59,173 nucleotides of DNA, from the NCBI GenBank assembly GCA_964521105.1, contig CAZFPO010000008.1, positions 1 through 59,173 of the forward strand, written 5' to 3'. The translations under genes were made by a program, and so were the position numbers. This stretch comes from an uncultured Lentimicrobiaceae bacterium. GTDB lineage: Bacteria > Bacteroidota > Bacteroidia > Bacteroidales > WCHB1-69. This document shows positions 47,395 to 57,500 of this stretch, in pieces (positions within the stretch are counted from its first letter, which is position 1; each line of letters begins with the position of its first letter). The notes under the pieces are model-generated. The model searched no databases and was not told the origin of the DNA. It saw only the letters and a program-made list of their open reading frames with translations.

Positions 47395-48106
47395 TGTATT
47401 GCTTAATTCTAAAAAAAAGATTATTAATAATCTAGACGAAATTTTACTGGATTTAGATAAAAATGTAAGAAATAGTGGACATACCTTGCAATGGTTAAAT
47501 AATGAAATGAATAATGTTTCGTTAAGAAAAAAAGAAAAAAAGGTTTTTTACATAATTGATGGAAATTTGATTATTTATTTCAATGAAAATTTCGAAAATT
47601 TCGAAAAATCAGTTGTTATTACTCCCAATAATATATTATATTCCATTAATGATTATTACGAAATTTGTTTATTTAACAGTTATCCAACTAATTTTCAAAT
47701 AGTTAATTTAAATACTATAAAAACAAAAATTACTATCTTTTTTTCTATTGACAATAAAGAATTAAAACTTTTAAAAGATATTAAATTACGAAAACTATTT
47801 TATTGTATTAATTGTTCGTTATGTAGTTCAGTTTGCCCTTTAAATAAAGTAATTCCTGAGTATTCTCCAATTATTGATATTAATCGACAAATTGATGAAA
47901 AAGGACATATAACTGAGCGTCTATGTACAAATTGTAAAGCTTGTGAGCAAATTTGCCCAGTAAATATAAAAATGTCAGAATATATTTTGAATTTAAATTT
48001 TAAAAAAGAAAAAAATATTACAGAAAGAGTTTTGCTTTTATTCAATAAAAGCAAAAAATATCACGAAAAAACTAATAAGTATATTAATAATCGTTTAAAA
48101 CTATAG
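47387..48106 (+). CDS. 4Fe-4S dicluster protein (degenerate LutB/LUD-like)
   Basis: CINCSLCSSVCP and CTNCKACEQICP; start placed at the ATG overlapping the rpiB 3' end. Confidence 0.7.
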   Translation: MNSVLLNSKKKIINNLDEILLDLDKNVRNSGHTLQWLNNEMNNVSLRKKEKKVFYIIDGNLIIYFNENFENFEKSVVITPNNILYSINDYYEICLFNSYPTNFQIVNLNTIKTKITIFFSIDNKELKLLKDIKLRKLFYCINCSLCSSVCPLNKVIPEYSPIIDINRQIDEKGHITERLCTNCKACEQICPVNIKMSEYILNLNFKKEKNITERVLLLFNKSKKYHEKTNKYINNRLKL

Positions 48107-51100
48107 TGAAAACAGATAATGTACTAAGCGATTTTAATAAAATCGAAAAAAAAATACGAAGACAACCTTTTATTATCGATTTAATAAAAGGTCTGTTTTT
48201 TTTTATTTTTTTATTTTTTGTAATTATCAATATTGAGCTTTTTCTTTATTTATCTCCTATTTTAAAAATTTCTTTTGTTATTTTATATGGCTTAAGTTTT
48301 TTATTTTATTTTATTGATAAATATAGATATTATAGAACAAAAAAAATTTATTATTCATCAAAAAAATCCCATTTAATTAAGCAAAATCTTTTCGAGATTA
48401 TTAAAAACACTTTCCAGCTTATCGATTTAAAACAACAACGTTTTTTTTCTTCGGATTTAATTGATATAGCTATTGAAGAACGTAAAGATTTAGCGATAGA
48501 AACAGTTGAAAAAATAGAATTTAAAAAGGAGGAAAAACGAACAAAAAACTGGGCTTCTTTCTTTCTTTTTTTATCATTTATAATTTTGCTAATACCCTTG
48601 TTTTCTAGTAAATATAAGGAGGCCGTTTTGCGAACAATTGATATAGCTACTCCTTATCAAAAACCGTTACCTTATACTATTACTGTTTTAAATAAAAATT
48701 TAAGCTGTTTTAGAAACGAAAATTTTGAATTAAAAGTTGAATTAAAAGGAGAAAATTATCCCTCAGAATTATTTTTAGTTGTTAATGGACTAAAAAGTAA
48801 GTTTAAAAAAGAAAAAGTAAACATATATTCTTATCAATTTACGAACATTAAAAATACTACAAACTTCAAAATAGAGACTGATGATTATTTATCTGAAAAT
48901 TATACTATTAATATAATAGATAAACCTAAAATTTTAAATTATCGAATTTTAGCCACATATCCTGCATACCTAAATCGTGAAAACGAAGTATTTGAAAATA
49001 TAAATTATATAACTGTACCTAATGGAACTATTTTGCAATATGAGTTTTTATCCGAAAATACTGAAAAGTTTGAAATTCAAACAGATGGAGTTATAAGTAC
49101 CACTTCCAAATCTGACAATATTTATAAATTTAAGCATATTGTAACTAAAAATCAGGAAATTACTGTATTTTCAAAAAACAAAAATACCAATTTTACTGAT
49201 AGTTTAAAGATGGATTTAAAGGTTATTGAAGATGAATTTCCAGTTGTTTTGCTTAATGTATATCAAGATTCAACCTACGAAAATATTTTATATATAATAG
49301 GTCAAGCAACTGATGATAATGGTATTACTAAAGCAAATATTGTTATTAATGTTTATGAATCTGAAAACGATAAATATATTACTAAAACTTATTCTATTCC
49401 TGTTGTTTCACAACCCACCATGCTTAATTTAAGCGAGGTTGTAAATTTACTTAACTATATGGAGATTTTACCTCGAAAAATTGAAGTATATGCCGAAGTT
49501 TTTGATAATGATAGAGTTAAAAGAAATAAAAAAGGAATTTCGCAACGCTTTGTTTTTATTTTTAAAACCGAAGAAGAGAAGAAAGTTGAAGCCGATTTAA
49601 AACAACAAAATCAAATAAATAGCATGTCTGATATTTCGGAGGAGTCGAAAAAATTAGATAAACAACTTGAAGAACTCAGAAATTTATTAAAAACTCAGTT
49701 AAATAAGGATTGGAAAACGCAAAAAAAGATAGAAGATTTAAAGAAAAAATATCAAGAATTGCAAAATAAGTTAAATGCTCTAAACAAGGAAATGAAAGAT
49801 CCTTCACTTAATACAAATAAATCTGAATCTCAAAAAAAAGAAGAAAAGAATATTCATGAAATGCTTAAAAAAGATATTGAATCTATTTTAAATGAGTTTG
49901 ATAAAATGGTAAATGAAAATAAAGTGGATAAAATTAGGGAACAAATTGAGCAAATTAAACAAAAAAACGAGAACTTTAAAAATAATATTGATAAGAATCT
50001 AGAAGATACAAAACAAAAGCTATTTGACGAAAAATTTAATGAAATATTGGAAAAATTAAACAAAATCAAGGAAAAACAGGAAGAATTAAATAATCAGCCA
50101 ATTTTAAAAGAAAACAAAGAAAAAATTTCGCAAGAACAGCAAAAATTACAAGAACAATTTAACGAATTTCAAAAAGAGCTTGAAAAATTAAAAGAATTAA
50201 ACAATCAATTAGAACGCCCTAATAATATAATTGATACTAAAAATGAGGAGTTGAAAATTCAATCAGAAATGAAAGAATTGAAGGAAAGCATTGATAAAAA
50301 CAAAAATAGCCAGTCGAAGGAAAAGCAAAATAACGTTGAAAAATCGCTCGAAGATTTGCAAAAAAAGCTTGAAGAGAATAAAAAACAAATAGATGAAGAA
50401 AATTTAGACGAAGATATTGAATCGGTTAGAGAATTGCTGAAAAATTTAATACGAATTAGTATCATGCAGGAAGATGTTTTAAAAAATCTTCAAATCATTA
50501 AAGCGTTGGATCCGAAATATAACGACATTATTCGGATTCAAAAAAACATAGAGCAACAATATAAGATTATTGGTGATACTCTTTTTTCGCTTGCGAAACG
50601 TCAGCCCGAAGTTAAGAGCTTTGTTTTAAAAGAATTCAATTTGATACAACAAAATTTAGATGGTTTAACAGCTTTTATGAATGAAAAAAATATTGGTGAA
50701 TCAACTAAACGACAGCAGTTTATAATGACATCTACCAATAATTTATCATTAATGTTAGCCGAATCGCTTAAAAATATGAAAAGCAAACAAAGCGAGAGCT
50801 CTTCATCAAAAATGAAAAAAAAATCGAATAATCAATGCAATAGCCAGGGAAATAGCAAAAAGAAAAAATCGCAACCCAAACTTCCCGATATAAAAAAGTT
50901 ACAAGAATCATTAAATGAGCAAATAAAAAAAGCGGGTAAAAAAAATCAAAAAGGGCAGGGCGGACAAATGAGCGAAGAGTTAGCGCGTATGGCTGCCCAA
51001 CAGGAAGCTATTCGTAAAATGCTTCAAGATTATTTAAACGATTTAAAGCAGGAGGGAAATGGATTAGATGGTAAAATTGAAAAAATAATTAAGGATATGG

Positions 51101-51399
51101 ACGCCAATGAAAAGGATATTGTAAATAGAAACATCAATCAAAACACAATAAACCGATTGCAACAAATCGAAACTCGATTATTAGAGTCGGAAAAAGCCGA
51201 AATTGAAAGAGAAAAAGAAGAAAAAAGAGAATCAAAGGAAGGAAAAGACGCAATACCAAAGAATACCGAAATTTTGAAAACGATTGAATTATATAGAAAA
51301 AATCAGCAAGAATTATTAAAACAAAACCCTATAAAATTAAAAAACTATTATAGAGAAAAAGTTTCAAAATATTTTCTTAACTTTGAAGACCATAAATAA
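48106..51399 (+). CDS. DUF4175-like membrane-anchored protein with Ig-like domains and long coiled coil
   Basis: N-terminal TMs, beta-rich middle (ATDDNGI, EVFDND), Q/K/E-rich coiled coil, ETRLLESEKAE; precedes ybeY. Confidence 0.75.
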   Translation: MKTDNVLSDFNKIEKKIRRQPFIIDLIKGLFFFIFLFFVIINIELFLYLSPILKISFVILYGLSFLFYFIDKYRYYRTKKIYYSSKKSHLIKQNLFEIIKNTFQLIDLKQQRFFSSDLIDIAIEERKDLAIETVEKIEFKKEEKRTKNWASFFLFLSFIILLIPLFSSKYKEAVLRTIDIATPYQKPLPYTITVLNKNLSCFRNENFELKVELKGENYPSELFLVVNGLKSKFKKEKVNIYSYQFTNIKNTTNFKIETDDYLSENYTINIIDKPKILNYRILATYPAYLNRENEVFENINYITVPNGTILQYEFLSENTEKFEIQTDGVISTTSKSDNIYKFKHIVTKNQEITVFSKNKNTNFTDSLKMDLKVIEDEFPVVLLNVYQDSTYENILYIIGQATDDNGITKANIVINVYESENDKYITKTYSIPVVSQPTMLNLSEVVNLLNYMEILPRKIEVYAEVFDNDRVKRNKKGISQRFVFIFKTEEEKKVEADLKQQNQINSMSDISEESKKLDKQLEELRNLLKTQLNKDWKTQKKIEDLKKKYQELQNKLNALNKEMKDPSLNTNKSESQKKEEKNIHEMLKKDIESILNEFDKMVNENKVDKIREQIEQIKQKNENFKNNIDKNLEDTKQKLFDEKFNEILEKLNKIKEKQEELNNQPILKENKEKISQEQQKLQEQFNEFQKELEKLKELNNQLERPNNIIDTKNEELKIQSEMKELKESIDKNKNSQSKEKQNNVEKSLEDLQKKLEENKKQIDEENLDEDIESVRELLKNLIRISIMQEDVLKNLQIIKALDPKYNDIIRIQKNIEQQYKIIGDTLFSLAKRQPEVKSFVLKEFNLIQQNLDGLTAFMNEKNIGESTKRQQFIMTSTNNLSLMLAESLKNMKSKQSESSSSKMKKKSNNQCNSQGNSKKKKSQPKLPDIKKLQESLNEQIKKAGKKNQKGQGGQMSEELARMAAQQEAIRKMLQDYLNDLKQEGNGLDGKIEKIIKDMDANEKDIVNRNINQNTINRLQQIETRLLESEKAEIEREKEEKRESKEGKDAIPKNTEILKTIELYRKNQQELLKQNPIKLKNYYREKVSKYFLNFEDHK

Positions 51400-51407
51400 A
51401 AATCATC

Positions 51408-51884
51408 ATGAAAATAGAATTAACCTCTGAATTATCATCTCTAAACAAAATTGAGAAAATAGTAGAAAAAATCAGTGATGAATATCAATTAAATGATACT
51501 TATTTTGGTTGTTTATCTATGGCTGTTCATGAAGCAGTTAAAAATGCTATTGTGCATGGTAATAAATTAGAAAGAGAAAAAATTGTTACCGTTGAGTTTC
51601 AATTAGATTATGGTATAATTAATTGTAGTGTTTTAGATTGTGGTCAGGGTTTTAACTACGAAGAAGAGTTAAGTAAACTTAACCAAAACCCAACGGGAAA
51701 AGGTTTAGAAATAATAAGCTTAACTTCTGATAATATAAGTTTTTCAAACAATGGTTCATTAATTGAAATGAAATTTGATGTAAATAATAATGATCACATT
51801 AATATAAATGAAAAACGACGAAGTATGTTATTAAATACTAAACTTCAAAATACAAAACAAGGTATAAAGAGTAATGCCCAATAA
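51408..51884 (+). CDS. RsbW-like anti-sigma factor / HATPase_c_2 protein
   Basis: AVHEAVKNAIVHGN, VLDCGQGF, GKGLEII. Confidence 0.85.
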   Translation: MKIELTSELSSLNKIEKIVEKISDEYQLNDTYFGCLSMAVHEAVKNAIVHGNKLEREKIVTVEFQLDYGIINCSVLDCGQGFNYEEELSKLNQNPTGKGLEIISLTSDNISFSNNGSLIEMKFDVNNNDHININEKRRSMLLNTKLQNTKQGIKSNAQ

Positions 51885-52302
51885 TATTTTTTTTCATACT
51901 CAAAATATCTCTTTAAAGTTCGCGAAAAAGAGAATTGTTAAAAATTGGTTATCTTCCATAATTATTAATGAAGGGAAAAACCTTGGTGAAATATCAATCG
52001 TTTTTTGTTCTGATGATTATTTACTCGAAATAAACAAAAAATATCTATCGCACGATTATTTTACTGATGTAATTACATTTAACTATAATCATGAAAATTA
52101 TATCTCGGGCGATATTTTTATAAGTATTGATAGGGTAAAAGAAAATGCCCAAAATTTTTCCTCTAATTTTGAAAGTGAACTTCATAGAGTAATAGTGCAT
52201 GGGGTTTTACATTTGTTAGGATACAAAGATAAAAGTGTTAGGCAAGAAAACGCTATGAGAAAAAAGGAAGAAGAAATGCTTTTATTATTGTATATTGTTT
52301 AA
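51874..52302 (+). CDS. ybeY: rRNA maturation endoribonuclease YbeY
   Basis: HDYFTDVITF, GDIFIS, RVIVHGVLHLLGYKD. Confidence 0.95.
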   Translation: MPNNIFFHTQNISLKFAKKRIVKNWLSSIIINEGKNLGEISIVFCSDDYLLEINKKYLSHDYFTDVITFNYNHENYISGDIFISIDRVKENAQNFSSNFESELHRVIVHGVLHLLGYKDKSVRQENAMRKKEEEMLLLLYIV

Positions 52303-52322
52303 AATCAATATTTTAATATTTA

Positions 52323-52338
52323 GGTTTCACGTGAAACA
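52323..52338. promoter_or_regulatory. parS site (GGTTTCACGTGAAACA)
   Basis: Perfect 14-bp palindrome GTTTCACGTGAAAC, 2 bp before the mnmG ATG. Confidence 0.85.
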
Positions 52339-52340
52339 CC

Positions 52341-54215
52341 ATGATTATGTTTAAAAAATTTGATGTTATTGTAGTAGGAGCGGGGCATGCTGGTTGCGAG
52401 GCAGCACACATTGCTGCAAAAATGGGATCGAAAACACTTTTAATTACGCAAAACCTTAATACAATAGCTCAAATGTCGTGCAATCCAGCAATGGGTGGAA
52501 TTGCTAAGGGTCAGTTGTTGCGTGAAATTGATGCTTTAGGTGGAATGAGCGCCATAATTACCGACCACACCATGATTCAATTTAGAATGCTCAATAGATC
52601 TAAAGGGCCAGCCATGTGGAGCCCCAGAGCTCAGGTTGATAAAGCAATGTTTTCGTTAATGTGGAAACAAACCTTAGAATCAACCGAAAACTTACAATTA
52701 TGGCAAGATGATGTTACCTCTTTGATTTTTGAAGAGGGAAAAGTTAAAGGCGTTAGAACTCAATTAGGAATTTCAATTTTTTCAAATGCAATTATTTTAA
52801 CCAACGGAACCTTTTTGAAAGGAAAAATACATGTTGGAAAAATTAATTATACTGGTGGTAGGATAGGAGAGTTATCAAGTGAAAAACTATCGGACGATAT
52901 GCTAGATTTAGGTTTTGAAATTAAACGACTTAAAACAGGAACACCCGTTAGAATAAATGGTCGTACGATTGACTTTGGAAAATTAGAAGAACAGAAGGGA
53001 GATGAAATTCCTGGCAAATTTTCATTTTCATCTACACCACTGCTCGAAAATCAATTGAGTTGCTGGATTGCGTATACTGATAGTGATGTACACGAGGTAC
53101 TTAAAAAGGGTTTTTCGGATTCGCCTATGTTTACTGGTCGAATTAAAGGAGTGGGTCCTCGCTATTGCCCATCAATTGAAGATAAAATCGAACGCTTTTC
53201 GGATCGAAACAGACATCAACTTTTTGTTGAACCCGAGGGAAGAAACACGAACGAATTTTATTTAAACGGTTTTTCATCCTCTCTACCCATAGAAATTCAA
53301 TTTGAAGCTTTACGAAAAATTAAAGGTTTTGAAAATGCTGAAATTGTGAAACCTGGATATGCTATCGAGTATGATTATTTTAATCCAACACAATTAAAAC
53401 TTAGTTTAGAAACAAAATTAATCGAGAACTTGTTTTTTGCTGGGCAAATTAATGGAACTACTGGTTACGAAGAAGCTGCCGCACAGGGATTAATAGCCGG
53501 TATTAATGCTCATTTAAAATGTAATTGTAAACAACATTTTGTGTTAAATAGGGCAGAGGCTTATATTGGTGTTTTAATTGATGACATTGTAACGAAAGGT
53601 GTAGATGAACCCTACCGAATGTTCACATCTAGGGCTGAATATCGTATACTGCTTCGCCAAAATACTGCCGACGAAAGATTAACTCATCAGGCTTACAATT
53701 TAGGAATAGTATCTGAAGAAGAGTATAAAAATGTTGTTGCCAAATACGAAAAAGTTCAAAATTTAATCAGCTTTACTGAAAAACAGAATGTAACAAATGC
53801 AGAAATAAATGAGTACTTGAAATTTGTTGGAACATCTGAAATTGAGCAGAAAACAAAAATCAAAAATTTAATCACACGTCCTCAAATAGATTTTAAAAAT
53901 ATAATTGAAAAAATTGAAGTTTTAAAACAATTTTGTATTAAAAATAATGTCGAAAATCCAATTATTGAAGAAGCGGAAATTCTAATTAAGTACAAAAGTT
54001 ATATTGATAAGGAGAAAGAAATAGCAGAAAAAATATTAAAATTTGACGAAATTGAAATTCCGAATGACTTTGATTATTGGAAATTAACATCATTGTCGTG
54101 GGAATCAAGAGAAAAAATGTCCAAAATCAAACCTCAAACTATTGGACAGGCTTCAAGAATAAGTGGTGTTACTCCCTCGGATGTTTCAATTCTATTAATT
54201 GGTTTAGGAAGATAA
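52341..54215 (+). CDS. mnmG: tRNA uridine-5-carboxymethylaminomethyl(34) synthesis enzyme MnmG (GidA); start may be 52347
   Basis: VGAGHAGCEAA, MSCNPAMGG, RLKTGTP, PRYCPSIEDK, AGQINGTTGYEEAAAQG, SRAEYR. Confidence 0.98.
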   Translation: MIMFKKFDVIVVGAGHAGCEAAHIAAKMGSKTLLITQNLNTIAQMSCNPAMGGIAKGQLLREIDALGGMSAIITDHTMIQFRMLNRSKGPAMWSPRAQVDKAMFSLMWKQTLESTENLQLWQDDVTSLIFEEGKVKGVRTQLGISIFSNAIILTNGTFLKGKIHVGKINYTGGRIGELSSEKLSDDMLDLGFEIKRLKTGTPVRINGRTIDFGKLEEQKGDEIPGKFSFSSTPLLENQLSCWIAYTDSDVHEVLKKGFSDSPMFTGRIKGVGPRYCPSIEDKIERFSDRNRHQLFVEPEGRNTNEFYLNGFSSSLPIEIQFEALRKIKGFENAEIVKPGYAIEYDYFNPTQLKLSLETKLIENLFFAGQINGTTGYEEAAAQGLIAGINAHLKCNCKQHFVLNRAEAYIGVLIDDIVTKGVDEPYRMFTSRAEYRILLRQNTADERLTHQAYNLGIVSEEEYKNVVAKYEKVQNLISFTEKQNVTNAEINEYLKFVGTSEIEQKTKIKNLITRPQIDFKNIIEKIEVLKQFCIKNNVENPIIEEAEILIKYKSYIDKEKEIAEKILKFDEIEIPNDFDYWKLTSLSWESREKMSKIKPQTIGQASRISGVTPSDVSILLIGLGR

Positions 54216-54231
54216 AGTTTCACGTGAAACC
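54216..54231. promoter_or_regulatory. parS site (AGTTTCACGTGAAACC)
   Basis: Perfect 14-bp palindrome immediately after the mnmG stop codon. Confidence 0.85.
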
Positions 54232-54580
54232 AAGCTCATAATGTGTTGATAGTCCGAATTTTAAATACAGTTTTCGTCTACATTAAATCGTTTAATAAAT
54301 AATTTTGCTTGAAACCTGAATATTAAAAAGAATTTTGATTTTATTTTTCACCACTAAATGTTTTTTTAATTCAAATGCTTGATGATTTGTTTTTTTAAAT
54401 TAAATTTGTTTATGAAAATTAAATTTGATTTTACAACAAGTTGAAAAACAATAAGATGTGGAATCGCTAAAAACTAAACCGATTTAGATGTTAGAAAAAA
54501 ATTTTAATGTTTATCATTAAATAATAATAAAAAATCCTTATTTCAAAAAATTAAAATAAACTACAGATAAACAGTCTATT

Positions 54581-57500
54581 ATGCAGCTAAGGTTAATTAT
54601 AAAACAAAAAAAATTTCAATATATTTTTGCTTTGATTTTAATTACCACAATTTGGTTGTGTTTTTCAATTTTTAATGATAAATACAACGATATTGGAGTA
54701 ATTAAAAACAACATTGAACAGAAAATACATTACAAAGAACGACAAGTTGAGAAAATTTTGGATAATTATTTAAAATTTTCAAACCAATACAATTTTGAAG
54801 ATGAATATTTTTTGTTTAAACAAAAAGATTTTAACGACAATCAATCTTATTTTTTTTATTATTACGAAGAAAAGCAATTGAAATTTTGGTCATCAAACCA
54901 AGTCCCAGTTCCTGAATATTTGGATACTACTAAATTAGCGAAAGAAGTATGGGAGATGAAGAATGGTATTTATGGTCAAAAACACGTGTATATTAAGAAT
55001 AAGAACTCATATATAGTTTGTCTATTTTTGATACAAAATAAATACCCTTACGAAAATTTATTTTTATCAAATACTTTTGATAAATCATTTAATGTATCCG
55101 ATAATGTTAAATTAGTTATTACTCCTAGCGAAAATCAGGTAACATCAAAAAAAGGAAATTATTTATTTTCGCTGTATAAAGAAACTCTTATTATTAGCGA
55201 TGAAAGAAGTATTGTTAATTCTACCCTTACTTTTATTATACTGATATTACTTTTACTGCTAATAGATAATTATATTAAGAGTAAAAGAATTTTGATAAAA
55301 TATAAGTATTTATTTTATACTATACTTATTATCAGCATTATAGCTATTAGAGCATTATCATTTATTTTTAAATTTCCAGATTTTATCTATAATAGTCAAC
55401 TATTTGGACCAAACTATTTTGCTTCTTCAAATTTTTTACCATCACTGGGTGACTTATTATTAAATTCAATATGTTTATTTATTTCTGTTTTTATTTTATT
55501 TTTTAGAATCAAGGTTTCTCGCTTTAAAAAAATATTTAAAGTTAATCCCAATATTTTCAATTTATTATTAGGCTTTATATTATTGGGTTTTGTACCACTT
55601 CTATTTAATGTGGTTGTATCGTTATTTTATTCTGTTATTATAAATACAAATGTTCAAATAGCAACCGAAAATATTTTTAAATTTCAATTTTTGAGTTATT
55701 TATTGTTTTTAATTTTTTTGTCCCTATTAGGGAGCCTTTTTTTGCTTTTTTTAAAATTGTTTATTGTTTCAAAAAATTTGTTTAATAACAAAAAGCCCTA
55801 TAAAGCGGCACTATTATTTGTAGCAATAATCAGCACTTTTTATTCATATTTAAAGTTTAATCAAATTGAATTTTCGATATTAAGCATTTGCCTTATATAC
55901 ACTATTTTTTATATTACAAATTCATATAAAAAGAAGAAAAACTCAGTTATTCTTTTATTATTTATTTTATATTCTTCGGTGTTTACAACAATTACAATTA
56001 ATATTTTTAATGGTTTAAAAGAAGAAGATAACAGAATGCTTATTGCAATGAAAATTGCCAATGAACATGACCCAATTGTAGAATATCGACTCAGAGAAGT
56101 ATTACAAGAAATTCCGAAAGATCAAACAATTAATCGCCTAATTCGAGATGTAAATAAAAACGAGCAAGCAATAATTGAATATCTTTTAAAGGAGCACCTT
56201 TCTACCTTTATTTATCGATACAAAATTTTAATTACAATTTGCTCCGAAAATCAGAACTTGATGATTCAACCCGATAATTATGAAATAAATTGTGCACAAT
56301 TTTTTAATAAAAAAATTAACACTTTTGGTTCCTATAAGAGTTACGAAAATGTTTGGTATATGAATTATGAGCCAGGAACAGTTAGTTATTTATCAATGGT
56401 GAAAATTCCGCGACAAAGCGAAGATTCAATATACAGAAACTATACAATATATATAGAATTAGATTCAAAGTCGTACATCAGTGATATCGGATATCCCGAA
56501 TTATTGATTGACAAAAAACGCTCGAACATTAATCCAGATATCTCTAATTATTCGTATGCAAGATACATTTATGACGACTTAGTTAGCCAATACGGAAAGT
56601 TTTTTTACAGCACCAATTTATCCACTTATAACATAGAAAAAGATGAACCTAAATTTTTTAATAACAATGGATATCGCCATTTAATATTTAAAGCAAACGA
56701 TAAAGAAACGATAATTATTGGAAAAAAAATATCAAATTATTTTGAGCGATTAGTTCCAATTTCGTTGTTTATTATTTTTTATGGGCTAATTGTGTTCGTT
56801 TTATATTTATTATTTTCAGCACAGCCCTTTGTTTTTAGTTTTTCTAAACTAAATTTTCAAGCCAAGTTACAATTTACTATGATTTTAATCATTTTATCTT
56901 CATTTTTAGTTATATGCATAATGACGGTGGTTTATTTTGTTAGTTTAAATGTAACAAAAAATCAGGAAATTGTAACCGAAAAATCACATTCAATATTAAT
57001 TCAACTAGAACAGCAATTTCATCAAGTAAAAGAGGTGAATTCCTCAAATATTGAGCTATTCAATGATTTAATACAAAAATTGTCGGGACAGTTTTTTACG
57101 GATATTAACTTGTTTGATAGATATGGAAATTTAATAGCCTCTTCGCGTCCTCAAATGTTTCATCAAGGTTTAATTTCATCAAAGATTAATACCGAAGCGA
57201 TTAATGAACTTAGAAAACATAAAAAGACAATATTTATGCATGAGGAAATGATAGGAAAACAAAAGTATATCTCATCGTATATGCCTTTTAGAAATAATAA
57301 AGGAGTTACACTTGCTTATATTAATTTGCCATATTTTGCAAAACAAGAAGATTTAAATAGAGAAATATCCTCTTTTTTAATTGCATTTTTAAGTGTTTAT
57401 GTTTTACTCACTTTAATTGCAATTTCGATAACGATATTCTTTGCAAATTATATTACTCGACCATTGAAATTAATGCGAGATAAGATTGGGCAAATTAAAC

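Noticed and set aside
54232-54580. Alternative oriC directly downstream of mnmG/gidA
   Set aside because: AT-rich but only 2-mismatch DnaA-like boxes (e.g. TGTTGATAG 54244-54252), and genes on both sides are co-oriented; ranked below the nadA-rpiB region pending GC-skew data
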